From contig CP075492.1 of assembly GCA_021613535.1 (NCBI GenBank), forward strand, positions 10,292,001 through 10,356,000: a stretch of 64,000 nucleotides of DNA. The letters run 5' to 3'. The position numbers were made by a program, and so were the translations under genes. The stretch's first letter is position 1. Every line of letters starts with the position of its first letter. Positions 13,209-26,700 of this stretch are shown in pieces. The notes under the pieces are model-generated. The model did no database searches. It worked only from the letters and a program-made list of their open reading frames with translations, and was not told the DNA's origin. Source of the DNA: Adineta vaga (taxonomy: Eukaryota; Animalia; Rotifera).

Positions 13209-14345
13209 AACAATGCAACTTATAAGAAGAAGAAATACCAATGAACATTAATACGAAATCATATTCAAAGAGAAAAAAATTCATTTGTTTTATAATTATC
13301 ACTTTGATAAAATAAACACGCTTTGAATAATTTTGAAAAAAATGTATCTCTTACCTTTTGATTTTTGTTTCCATATCATTCTATTCAATTCGATGAATAT
13401 AAAGCTGTTTAAAGTAGTTTTCTAATCGTACATTTTTATCTTAACTGACTAGGTCTGATCTTTTTCAATTGTTTACTAGTAGAACAAATCGACAACTAAA
13501 ATATATAACTATGTTTTCATGGTGTTCCGGAAAATATCTATTTTTTAGGAATATTTTCAGGATATTTCTTTTTGATCTTATATATGATTATAAGCATGTT
13601 CTTTGAACCTTGAAAGTAGATAAGAATAGATCTGTAAATCCTTTCTTATGTAATTATACACATTTTGTAATATAGATCCTTACTATAGTGACTTTCTCTT
13701 ATCTGTGGCCATGGTGATACAAAAATTTTCTTCTGTTATAATAAAGACCACATGGAATTTACGTCATACATGGAGTATCAATGAACAAGATTTGTTCGAC
13801 TATAAAATTATCCGTTGATTCAACATGTAAGACGTGCTTATCCTAAATGAGAAACTCAATTGACAGAAGAGAAAATCAAAATATACATTCATAGATGAAC
13901 ATTAGCCACTACTATTTCCTCGCATATTTTACAAATATTCGATATTTTCGTTCGACATTGTAGTAGAATACGGAGAAATAGTTTCTGTCTGTGTTGTATT
14001 AAAACTTTTCATTTAAATTAATGTCAATAATTTTTTCAATAGATGTCGATAGACTGTTAAGAGTGATGTCGCTTTTCTCGTGTGGATCAATATTGGTCAA
14101 TCCATAAAATATCCCTATATCCTCTTTACTCTTACTCTTTAGCTTCTTATTAGTTATTTACTTTTTTCAATACATCTCATCCTCTACTCTAATAATTTTT
14201 ACTTCTATCATTCGTGTGTCCTTGTCACTATTTTCATCGTCACAATCATTCACTCACCACCTCACATTTCCCTTTGATGATTCACCGTATAACATAAAGC
14301 AAACTTGTTGCATCAGTTTATTTAAGATCAGTATATTTCATCGTT

Positions 14346-15745
14346 ATGCAAGAAGAACAAAAATCAAAAACACTCGGCCGTGTACTTCTTGGTATTTGTG
14401 GAGGAATTGGTTTTGGCAAGTTGAAATAAAAACAATTAATCTTTATTTATTAATCTTATCCTACATACACAGGTCTTACTGTGTTAGCTGTACCCTTTTT
14501 AACACCAGCACTAAGACGTCAGCACTTCCATATGTTCCAGCAACAAGAGAACAATTAGATAATATATTTCATTTATTAAAACAATATTCAAATAAACAAC
14601 GTCGACATCTAATTGATCTTGGAAGTGGAGACGGAAGAATTGTTCGTAGAGAAAAATAGTTGAAATAGTTTTCTGTCAAGTGTCATTTGTTTTTTAGGTA
14701 TTTGAAGCGGTACAACAGGGTATTCCTCGTGCAACTGGAATTGAACTCAATCGTGTATTAGTGTATTATGCTCGATTGAAATCGTATCTATCAGGTCAAC
14801 GAAACATTTGCCAATTTAAACGAGCAAATCTTTGGAAAGTAAATCGAAAAACATTCATATTAATTCGATATGAAACTTTTTCACTGTTCCATTTAGTATG
14901 ATTTATCAAAATATGATACAATTGTTCTATTTGGTGTTGACACTATGGTAAGATATTTAATCTGAATTCAAGACAAAATTAATAGACATACTTCTGTCTT
15001 ATACGAACAATAGAGAAACTTAGAACAGGTGTATGTTACACTTGCATGGAAAATATAGAAAGACTACGTTTATAAAATACGAGTTAAGAAGATAAAGAAT
15101 ATTATTATTTATCATAAATTATTTCTTAAAAATAATTAGAACGTATGATAGTAAAAAAGATGTTGGAAACTTCCATATGAAGAAGAGTTATGCACTTGTG
15201 TAATTTCATCTTCATCTGAAATTAATACAGCTATGAAAAAATATGATGCTATATATCAAAGGCTTACCCAATATAGAAATCTTAATGAAACAGGTGACTC
15301 ATGCATTTATGCAGTATAAGAGAGCGATCATATTTACACTTGATATTAGAAATATAAGTCAATATGGAAGCGGATGTCTAGAGCGACAGTGGCGGCTGAT
15401 TTCTAACACAATAAACGACAGCGATGTTGACTTACATATTTATTCGTATAACCGCTATGAATATAATTTTCATTTCTTTAAGTACATGAAAAAATTGCTG
15501 AATTAGATTCAACATTTTTCAAATACAATTCAGTAAATTCAATAAACTTTGATTTTTATTTCTAGATGGAACCATTATTAAACAAACTTTCCAAAGAAAT
15601 AACTGATGAAAGTGTTGTTGTTACTTGTCGTTATCAATTTCCGATCAATTATGATCGTACCTATGGTGAAGGCATTGATGCTGTGTGGTTATATAATTCT
15701 GAAACTATACGCCAGAAAATTTCTAAAAAAAACACTTTTTCCTAG
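14346..15745 (+). CDS. FAM173-family (ATPSCKMT/ANTKMT) mitochondrial lysine methyltransferase, with a 1-nt frameshift as assembled
   Basis: TM segment, PFLTPALRR/ALPYVPAT, DLGSGDGRIV, GIELN, VLFGV, TCRYQFP and GEGIDAVWLY. Probable GC-AG first intron 14416-14472. The frame breaks at about 14519-14521. Confidence 0.88.
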
Positions 15746-15844
15746 TGTTATTTTGATCATTATAGTTACTATTTTGTCCTTTCTTTTTCAGATATAAATT
15801 TCGTTATTTATTTTAAGTGTAATATTGAGTATAAAACGACAACG

Positions 15845-18068
15845 ATGTCATCATCAAGTATTGGTGATAATGATTATTATCAACAACAAAATCCAGCATC
15901 CCAAACAAGTGTAACTGCATTTTTAGCTAAACTATGGGCACTAGTTAATGATGAATCCTGTGATGATCTGATTACTTGGGATCCGTCTGGCGCATCATTT
16001 CATGTCTATGATCAATCACGTTTTGCTCGAGAAGTTCTTCCACGTTATTTTAAACATAATAATTTTGCGTCATTTATTCGTCAATTAAATATGTATGGTT
16101 TTCGTAAAATATCAACGATTGAACATGGATCATTAAAAACTGAACGTGATGATATTGAATTTGCTCATCCAAGTTTTGTTCGTGGACATGATGAACTATT
16201 AGAATTAATCAAACGGCGTGCACCAGATAATCACCAACAAAAGATTATTATTCAACCAACAAAACCAGAAATACAATCATCATTACCGACATTATCATCA
16301 TCATCCACATTATCGTCTTCTGCAGTGACATCAACAACGACTTATGCTGATCCCAAGGTACCCCCACGTTCAGTTGAACTTTCACATGTACTTGAAGATG
16401 TCAGAAATCTACAATCGAAACAAACATCTTTAACCGATAAGTTATTTCACATGCAAGATGAAAATCAAGCTTTATGGCGTGAAATAGGCTCATTAAAACA
16501 AAAACATTCAAAACAACAGCAGATTGTTTCAAAATTAATGGAATTTCTTCTACATTTTCTTACAAATTCAACACAAACACATCGACCATCTGTTGAACAA
16601 CCATCAAGCAATTCATCTCAACAAGAACAAACACAACATCATCCTATTATTAATCAACAAATTCCAAGTAATAGTCTTAAACGTAAACCGGCTGCATTGA
16701 TGCTTAGTGAAGAACCAAAAAAACGCACGACGATGCAACAACAACAACAACAACATCTTCTATCTCAACCAATTAATATTGGACGACAACATGGTATAAC
16801 CATTAATGAATTAACCGATAATGATTCAGGTGGTTGGCTTCATACAACAGATACATCACCATTAGTTGATCTTGTTCCATCTCCACCACCAAATCAAACA
16901 TTAGATGACAATTATCAAGCATCGAAAGCTTATGAATGGGCAGTTCCATCTAATGAACTTCAAGATTCGTTAAATAAAACATTGAGAACAATTGGAAATA
17001 ATCACAATGAAAACAATAGTTTTATACCTGATTTTTTCCTATCTACGGATAATTCCAATAATACAAAATCCATTCTTGGACAAATCGATGAAGCCAGTTT
17101 AGCAGACATCAATACGGTAAACATTGATGCAGATTTTCTTCTCGATATGTTTTAATATTCAATTCTCTTAAAATAATATGCCGATATTTGTTTTCTCGTC
17201 AAATAAAATTGCGTTTTACCATTGAAATCCTATGTTATTTTACTCTAATAGTTTGATTTTCCAAAACAATAATAAATAATTTGAGTCTTTTCGAATAGAA
17301 TACAATCAGTTATCAAATTATCATTATAATTCATTGATCATCTGTACAGGTTTTCTTGAGAGATAGAAATCTAACTATATAATTACATCAATTTCATAGA
17401 TTAATTTTCTTTCTTTTTTTGTATCTTTCTAGTCTACTAGACCAAATGTTCCATTTTTGAAAGAAGAACAAATTGAATTCTCCAATACTTTCAATCCACA
17501 TGCATCTGATTCATCAACATTGAATTCATCAATTTACTCTCAGAATAAACATTCGAAATTAATTCAACCGAATAATGTACCTTTTTCTCTTGATGATATT
17601 ACTGGTGATGTCGATCATATTCAATCATCATTGGATAATATTCGTGAATTGATGTTTGATAATCTTCCCGATAATGCAACAATTGAAGATTTATTTTGCG
17701 ATGATCATGTTTTATTATCTCCACTATTAACAAATAATGGTCAAACAACAAATATCTTGACAGACACAACGGAAGAATCCAAACTTACTAATAATGATAA
17801 TAATAATTCAACTCATTTTATTTATTCAAATTCCAATGATATGAACAACACATCTCAATGTAAACAGATTATTCTACATAAAAGTGAAATTCCATTAACA
17901 AATCCTTCAACTGATATGAATAATCAATTATTGGAACAATTAATAAATGAAACAGCTAAAGTTGAAGAACAACGACAAACAATTAATCAATTAGAACGTG
18001 AAAAAATCAATTTAGAAGGTAAAATTCATCGACTTGAACAACAACAGCAAACAAATTTACGAAAATAA
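15845..18068 (+). CDS. HSF1: Heat shock transcription factor
   Basis: DNA-binding domain (AFLAKLW, LPRYFKHNNFASFIRQLNMYGFRK), HR-A/B (ENQALWREI..LKQKHSKQQQIV), one intron 17117-17432, and an HR-C-like segment DVDHIQSSLDNIRELM in exon 2. Confidence 0.95.
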
Positions 18069-18826
18069 CAATGACTCTTTCTTTCTTTCTTTCTTCAATC
18101 TTGTACAGTTTCTATATGCATGATTCTTTTTGTTTTGTTTTCTTCTTCATCTCGTCTTTATTCGCTTACTTATAAGACATGAAAACTAACCTATCTATTA
18201 CTTTTTCTCTTCGTTTATCTTTTTTTCCTCCTAGCATAGCAACGACTTTTCCATCAATTCTGTCTGTGTTTTTTTTGTGCTTTCGTCATTCGATGAAAGT
18301 TTATTATCTACCGTCAAAGCCGGTAATCACTTTTTCTGTGTTGTCGTTCTCGCTTTTTTTTTCATTAAAATAAACATAACAAAAGATTTATTAAATATTT
18401 CAAGCTCCAAAGAATTCAGATTATATGAAATTAACTTTTCCTGGTTTCAAGGACCATTCTTTTTTGTTATTGGAAAACAAAGAATCATGTTGTTACCTTG
18501 TTTTTTTGTTTTTTTCTTCTTTCAAAAAACAATATTTGTTTTCGTCGAAAAGGGTCATTGACATGTTATCGAAAATTTCAATGTTTAAAGATACACATTT
18601 ATTTTAGCATAAATTACGAAGCGTTGTTTATTCTTCTTTATACAATGAGCAAAAAAGAGTATATTTAATACATTTATATTAACAAACATATACAAAAACA
18701 GAAATAGACGATATGCTTATGCTATTTCAAATAGATAGAAGTTTTTTTTTGTCATATATCCATTTCTTTTATCTGATAAATATGACGAACAATTTCAAGA
18801 TCGAATTTGACTGAAGAGAAGTTCAT

Positions 18827-19072
18827 TTAGAATAAATTTTCATCAATATCAGCAAGACTAGATGCTTTGACAGCGAATGGATTGCTGAGTGTAGCTGTTG
18901 ATACTGGTGGTGATGTACCAAATGAAAAGAAACGTCCAAAGAAATAAGCACCAGCACCAGGCGAAGCTGATTGTGGTGTATCAACGGGTGTTGATGTATT
19001 TGGATGTGTTTCTTGTTGAACTTTTTCGTCAGTTGCACGACATACAGTAAAACAATAGTTCATTGACGCCAT
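18827..19072 (-). CDS. Orphan 81-aa Ser/Pro/Thr-rich small protein
   Basis: Uninterrupted ATG-TAA ORF that is GC-richer than its flanks, with a TATAAATA about 80 nt upstream on the minus strand. No family recognised. Confidence 0.45.
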   Translation of the reverse strand: MASMNYCFTVCRATDEKVQQETHPNTSTPVDTPQSASPGAGAYFFGRFFSFGTSPPVSTATLSNPFAVKASSLADIDENLF

Positions 19073-20738
19073 TTGATTGTATTGATTTGGGTATGAAACA
19101 GTTTGACGACGACGTAAGTTGCCGTAAAAATGTACGAGACACGGCGATGTAGTTTATATTTATAGTTTTATTCAGAGTACAAGGTACAAGATTGTTTATA
19201 TCTTGGTAGCGGAATGTGCACGTCGTCAGTAAATGATTGAGGGTGTGATCTTATGCGAGGAAAAAACAGAGGGGCATGGCTGATGGAATAGTATGGTAGA
19301 AGCCGTTGTCGACCCTCTTTTTTTTCTTCCTTCCTATGCATAGTTACATCGACGAACGAGAAAGAAAAGAGAACGAAGAACAACATAAGAATACAGATGC
19401 GCACAAAGAATATGAATATAAATAACCCATTCAGTATTTTATTACGTAGATGAAATTCATTGTTGGAAAAAAACATTTTTTGTTACTAAAAATAAACGAA
19501 AACAGCTGCCGAAAAGAAGGCATATTTGACTTTAAAAAAAACAAAATTTTTTTCCCGCCACTTAATCTGCACTGTATAATCATCCAAATACGATGATATA
19601 TGTGTTATTTTTTATACTTCAAAATGATTGTTCGATGAATTCGATGTTTCGTGTAAAAGTTGATTAATACATGAAGAGATAGTCATTGATGATTGCTAAT
19701 ATTCCAGGCAACAATAGTACTTATTTTCTTTTTAATTAGACACGCACCAAATCTATGGGGTTTAATGCATACAATTAATCATGAAAACAAGAATCAGATT
19801 AGTTACATGCTTAATTATAGTGAAAGACAAAGAATCTTCTTGGTTGATTAGTACTTTAAACTATTTATATTTATTTTAAAAAAACTAAAAGGAAAAAAAA
19901 CGACTATTTTTCATGTTTTCAGATCGTAAATCCTGTTAATTTTCTAATTTATTTGACTAGAATTAGCTTTGAACTTAATAAAGAAACAAGAGAAAGAGAG
20001 AAAAAAAGAGAAATTCAGCAAGTTTCTCTTGATAAAATCATTCCTAAGATGGAAAAATGAGATTCATCATAATGAAAACATACTATAGTAGTCTTGTCGA
20101 GAAATCAACATTCATAATTAAGAACTAATGTAATTTGAGTATTGTTGTTTATTTTGATTTAGCTTTCGGAAGGCACAATACAGCATTCTATTACTAGTAT
20201 TCTGTATATCTTTGCTCAGTTTCTGAGCAATAAGCTTTCGGAGAATAAATCAAGTCATAAAGAAATATTCTTGTCCTGTTCACTGATGCGTAAGTTCTTT
20301 TTCTCTCATTATTCATTCATTTTCTCTTTTAGAAACTTTAAAATATCAACAGAACAATTACTTCAAAGCTCGAGAATATTAGTTGTAAAAAAGTATGTGT
20401 GTGAGAGAGAGAGAGCGAAGAGGAAAATAATATATATAATTACGTGAAAAAGACTTTCGAGGGAATAGGAAAAACACGAAGATGTTGAAAAGAAAATGAT
20501 TAACATCATCTTTCTATATGCACGTTCGTTTGAATATGATCCGAAGAAAAAAAGGAAGAGAAAAGTTCTTTTTATTTCGTTCGGAAAGTGATCCTTATTG
20601 ACAATCATGTAGTGAGACATGCTCATCGATCAAGTTTGTATTAAATATTAGACAAGATGATTATAAACATGTTTTTTCTTTCCGAAGAAGAGATTACTTT
20701 TCATTTCAGTAAGTTATATTTCTAGATTAGAAATCGTT

Positions 20739-23700
20739 ATGGCAAACAATAGTCGACGTCGTTTAAGTTTCGTTGATCTTTCTCATCCACAAGTATGGAA
20801 TAAATTGCTTCAATATACTGAAGTGACCATTGCTTTAACAAAACTAAGTTAATAGACAATATGATTTTAAAAATTTCATCTAATTCATTGGTGGTTTTTT
20901 GTTTCTTTTAGTTGCAGATTTTGCAAATCAATGGATGAAAATATGTTCATTAGCATCTTCTCAATTACATCAATTAGTCAATGATTTTCGTAAGAAAACT
21001 GAAACAGAGATTCGTGCAAAGTAAATATGATTTTTGAAATAAAAAAAGAACATTTTCATATTCAATTTCTCAGATGTTATGTGGGTGGAATGATGTATGA
21101 CCTGTGGGAATCATTATTATTAGAAACAGAGATTGAATCACAAGTAAATAAAAGTCTAATGATGAAAAATGATTTAGTTCAAGTTTTTCTTTTATCATTA
21201 GTCTTTGAAGAAAGTTGCATGTATCATGGAAAAAAATATTTGCGCACCTTTATCATGTTTTATAATTAATAAAACATTACAATTGAGTATAAATAAAGAA
21301 CATCGACGTGATTTCGATAAAATTATAGAACAAGGCCATGCAAATGTGACACAAGTAATCTTTTTTTTTGAGATCTTATTCTTTTGATTTATAGATACAT
21401 ATCTGATTTTGGTCTAGATTCAAGAAGAATATGCTAAAATATATCAAACACAAGGTGTTACACCAGCCTTTGATCTTATTCATAATGAATACATTCTTGA
21501 ATTAGTGGGTACAAATAGTTTCTATTCCAAATATCAATATAATATTTTACCACAACTTCTTCAAGTAAAATTTTTTTTGTATCATAATGATAAGTTTCAT
21601 TTTTCAAATTAGGGTATGGAACAATCTCAACTAACGATAATTGATACAATTTGTCAAAATATGCAATTAATGGCTTCCGTTTTACAGGACTATGTAAGAA
21701 AAGAAAACATATTTGCGATAATCAAAATATTTCTTCTAATGATAAATATGACTTTGTGTAAATTGTCTTTGGTCTAATATTGATACGAGAATAATGACTG
21801 GAATTGTTTTTATAAAAAAGAGAAAAAAAATTTGTCATTTAAGTATGTTTTGTCTCTAGGTTCGAATTTTTCGGGAAAATGACAGTTATTGTATCATATT
21901 ATCATAATTAGGTCAATAAATCCTTATTGATTATAATTATGTAGAAAGAAGAACAGTTAAGTCAAATCAATGACATAAGTACAAATGTTTTAATCATTTC
22001 ATTGAATGCTATTGTCAAGTTTGACATCTGATTATTCTAAGGATAAGATCTGATGATGGGTATTCGCCTCCATTCTTTCCAGGATTTTCTAATCATTACT
22101 TGTAAAAGAACATCAAGGGGAGAATCTTATATTTGTTTTCTTTATCTGCCATATTTCCCTCAATATCCAAATCTGTTATCTGCCTTTCGCGATGACTTCT
22201 ACTTGCTCTTTTCAGATCGAAAAAAAGCAAAATATGTAATTGGTAATTTTTCTCTGTTTCTTCGACATAGAACGAATAATTTGAAATTAATTAGAAGTTA
22301 ATTCTAGCATTTCTGACCTTTCTGAGAATGATATAGAGAAGTAGAAGTAGAAGTAGAAGAAGAAGAGCAAACAAAACAAAGCAAGATACTATTCAATTCA
22401 CTTTTGCTAATAGGTTAAGAGAGATGCATCTATTTTTTTATTTGATTCTTATGTTCCGAGCAAGTACGTATTTGTTTATTTGCGTAGCTGCATGTTATAT
22501 GACGAAGATATTGCTTTGTAAAAGACTTTTTCCTCTAATAGATGTAAAGTGGTACAGATATTTTGTCGTCTTTGTTGTTGTTGTTGTTCTTATTTGACAT
22601 ACCATTCTTATCCATCAAACAATGGGCAATCGACAATCGGTAGTATATTCTGTATATTTAAATAAATCTAATCATTTCTTAAATAAAAAAATAAACAAAC
22701 CTGTTTTGGATTATACAGATGTTTTCTTTTTTTTACATTTCCTAGCATGAACAACGACAGTCAAGTTATGCTTCATTTGTTGTCACAAGTTCATCAACAA
22801 ATCCCAATGAAGAATTAGAAAACTATATTTGTTCAGTCAATGAATCGAATGATGAATCATCCACAGCTTCTGTTCACATTCAATTCGAACCATTTATATC
22901 ACCCATCAATCATAATTCACGTTTACATTCAATGTCATCTCCTAATAATGAACAATTAATTATTTATGCTGCACCTGTTATACAAATGCAATTATCATCA
23001 CGTTGTAAAGAAACGATCGAACGTTTAAATGAAATTAAAAAAGAGAAATCTATATTATTAGCAATAATCAATCCTCCAACACCAAAAACGTCTGTTAAAC
23101 AATATGATGATCAACAACAGTAAATATTCTCTTCTTTCTTTCTTTCCATGAAAATCAATCATAAAAATGAATGTCCGTCATGTGATTATATTTATAGATC
23201 GGAAAAGAAACTACTTAATCAAATGAATGATTCAATGAAAAGAAAACATCATTTAAGATTAATTGAACTTGAAGAATCAGTATTACTTGCTCAGGTACGT
23301 TTAAAACTCTTTTTCTTGTCTCCGGGAAATTGTAATCAAATGTAATTCTCACGATAGTACTCAACTCTCAAAACAAATATTTGTTCTTAATCATTCTAAA
23401 AGATTCCTATCGAGATCAGAAGTCAAATATATTAGGTTTATTTTGTTTTCAAAGTACTTGGAAATTGAAAAGTTATCAAATTTTCTGTCAATTCTCCATC
23501 TGTTGTATGTCTGTACCCATAAAGACGATTTCCTCAAATGTCGCGACGAATGTTCGAACATGAGATGAGCGAACGAGCGCGCGCGTATATATACGAATAG
23601 AAAACAGATCGATATAATGCGACCGAGCAGGACAAACAATAACAACTTATACCAAACATCTAAGACGACAGCGAAAGCCAAAAATTTTTCTTCGAGTCCA

Positions 23701-26700
23701 TCAGCTTGATTAATCGACAGTTTCCTTTCGTTTATTTGCTCTGCTCGTGCCTTTCTTTACTTCCTATTAACCCATTCACAATCCGTTTTCTTCTCTCGCT
23801 TACCAACACACATACAGAGTTATTTTGTATTATCTTCTAATAAAAGCATGCATCGACATTAAAGCAATTATAGTCGAATTAGAAGAAAACTACACAATAT
23901 TATTGCGAGCAAGTAAATTCATACGAAACATTTCTTTCTTTATGCTATTAAGTTTATATCAATGGAAATAATTGGCATTCTTGTCTATACATGTCGTCAA
24001 GATTAGGAAATATAAAAATACATATTTAGGAGAAATAAGTTTTCTTTTCCTCTTTAGAACAGATGTGTTGTTATGTTGTTGACTTTTTTTTAGTTTATAT
24101 TAACAATGATGGTTATATCTGTCGATACCATTTTCTTTCATTTGTATTTTGATTGCTCGTTTGAGCATAGTCATAGAAATCGGATACATTATTATAGTTG
24201 TAACATAGACGGTATGTTCTTGACAGAAACATAGATAATGTAATAGGATATGGTTTATTGAAACTCTCGGTCATTTATCATTAATATGACAATCTTGTTA
24301 GAAAAACAGATAATATCTTGTAGGATCGAGAATGATGAAGTGGGTGAGACATTTTATACATATATATATTTATATATATTTATATCCTGTTATTTTCTTC
24401 ATTAATATCTGTTCTTACTTTTTTTTGAGGTTTAGCAGAGAACTATTACAAGTGAACATGATAAGGAAGCCTCGAATGCTTGCATTGTTTTTTTGTTCTC
24501 TCTACGGATATGTGTATCTGCTCACGCATGTGGAAAGTATAATCAATCAGTATGAAAGAAAGAAAAATGACTACTCTGCCCCAAAGGAAATGTCTACGAT
24601 ATTCATTGTTTCCTCCTATTTGTTACCATATTGTTGAAAGACAAGTAAGGTAAATTTCTCGGAGAACATTTTCTTTTTCGTTCTCTACAGTAAATATCAA
24701 CCGGATTTCTTCTGTTTCTCTTTTTACTATTACTACTGATATGTAGTTTGCATATATATATATATGTGTGCGTGATATATGTGCAAATGTTAATGATATA
24801 GCAAAAAATATTAATAGAAGATTTTCTAGAGCAGATTTCCGTTTATTTTTAGCAAGATTTGCTCAAATCTCCTCCGCCATCAATGAATACGGTTGCTGAT
24901 AATGAACAAGATGCGCAGAAGCGTAACGGAAGTAATATGAAAGGTCTTTGGCGTGATGCATTTCGAGCATTGAAAACTTCGACAGTTACAAGTGCAACTT
25001 CCGCCAATGAAAATCGTCCGGTAAGTTGAATAAACAAATTGATAATGACGATTATCACTATGTATATGTTTATTTTGTCGATCTAATTGAGTCATTCGAA
25101 CGGGAGACAAACATCGAAATTTCCATAAATTTTTCTTAAAGTAACAGAAAAACAATTTGATTATAAATCATACTGACAATTTTCTATTGCGTATGTAATG
25201 ACAAAATATCGTTATCTATTAATTAAAATCTACGTTCAACTTCGATTAGTTATTAGTTACTAAAAGGTCATTAATTAATCTCCTTATTATTATTCATCAT
25301 GTTATGTTTCTTCATATTCAATTTTTCTTTCTTATCAATGTAATTTAGTAAAAAGTTCTGTCTCCTCTTGTTATCGTTCAGCTTGCTTCCTGTTGACATG
25401 CTTTATTGTGAAGCTCGTTCGACGTTTTCTGTTTTCTTCTAACAAAAATTCCATTGTTATTTCTCAAGTTTGAGTATTCATCATACATCAAGTGGCTTTT
25501 GATTTAAAAAGAAATACATACATAGATCAATATGAAAGCTAGTCGAGAAGAACACAATCGATCTCTTCATATTCCACCAGTGCGTATACGTTCGCATTCA
25601 TTGAAAGCTAAATACTCACAACAGGAACATCTTCAATGTAAACCAACTACCGATATATCTGATAGTATGGTTAAACAGTCAACACAACATTCATCAACAT
25701 GGCTTCAACGACGTTTTACATGGTTTTCAACCAATCCATCACCAAGTTCCTCGCGTCGAATGACTGGAACACGTTTTTCTATCTATAATGACGAATCATA
25801 TTCTATTCTTTTGGGACAGAAACGTTCGAGTGTATTTGTACAGATGATGGAGGTACAATTAGATCTCTTATCTTATGGATCGAAATGACCTTTTTTTAAA
25901 AAAAATAGATCATATCCTTTACTAAGATGTTTCATTGTTTTGTTTTTAGTCATTTGTTCGACGACTCTCGTCACGGAAGAAAAAAAGTAATAGTGAACGT
26001 GAACGTGAACGTGATCGTGAAAAAGAAGAAGGTAATGAACAAAATGTTGAATTATATCATTTTCTCTTGTATTCTATATTTCATTTAGATAAAACAATAG
26101 TTGATCCAGTCTATGAAACATTACGTGTAGCAGCTGAAACACGTAAACGAACATTAGCAAACTATATTCAACAACGACAGCAAACTCTTAATAAACAAAC
26201 ATCCCTCAATAGTCAAGGATCATCTGAATTTGATACTCAACCATCGCCAAGAGTAACTCGTCATAATGATTTAACTTCATCACTACCATCTCCGACGACA
26301 GCATCATCATCATCAACAACATCATCAGGTAACTGCAAATTATAAGCATTCAATATTGTTCATTGAATCGTATTTGTAATTATCTTTTCCTCATGCTAAT
26401 AGATAATGCACGTGTCACAAATTGTTGACATCGGCATCAAACGAAATCCCGACAGATCCTGGTGAGATGTATGTACAGACAATAGCAAAAGAAATGAAAA
26501 ATCCAATTCGTTAAATGTATTGTATGTGTCGTTATTATTTTTCGAACTATTTCAATGTATATTATGGATATAAAGAGTGAATATCATGTTTCCTTTGCTT
26601 TCCGAGTGTATTTTCGTTGTATTTGATGGTCTCTGAATGTTTTTTTTTCTTCACTCTTTCTTGTTTATAAAAAAAAGAAAGAACTCTTTTCTTCGGCAAA

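Noticed and set aside
14948-15565. Long FAM173 intron containing an 87-aa ORF, possibly a mobile element
   Set aside because: No terminal repeats, target duplication or transposase similarity could be seen.
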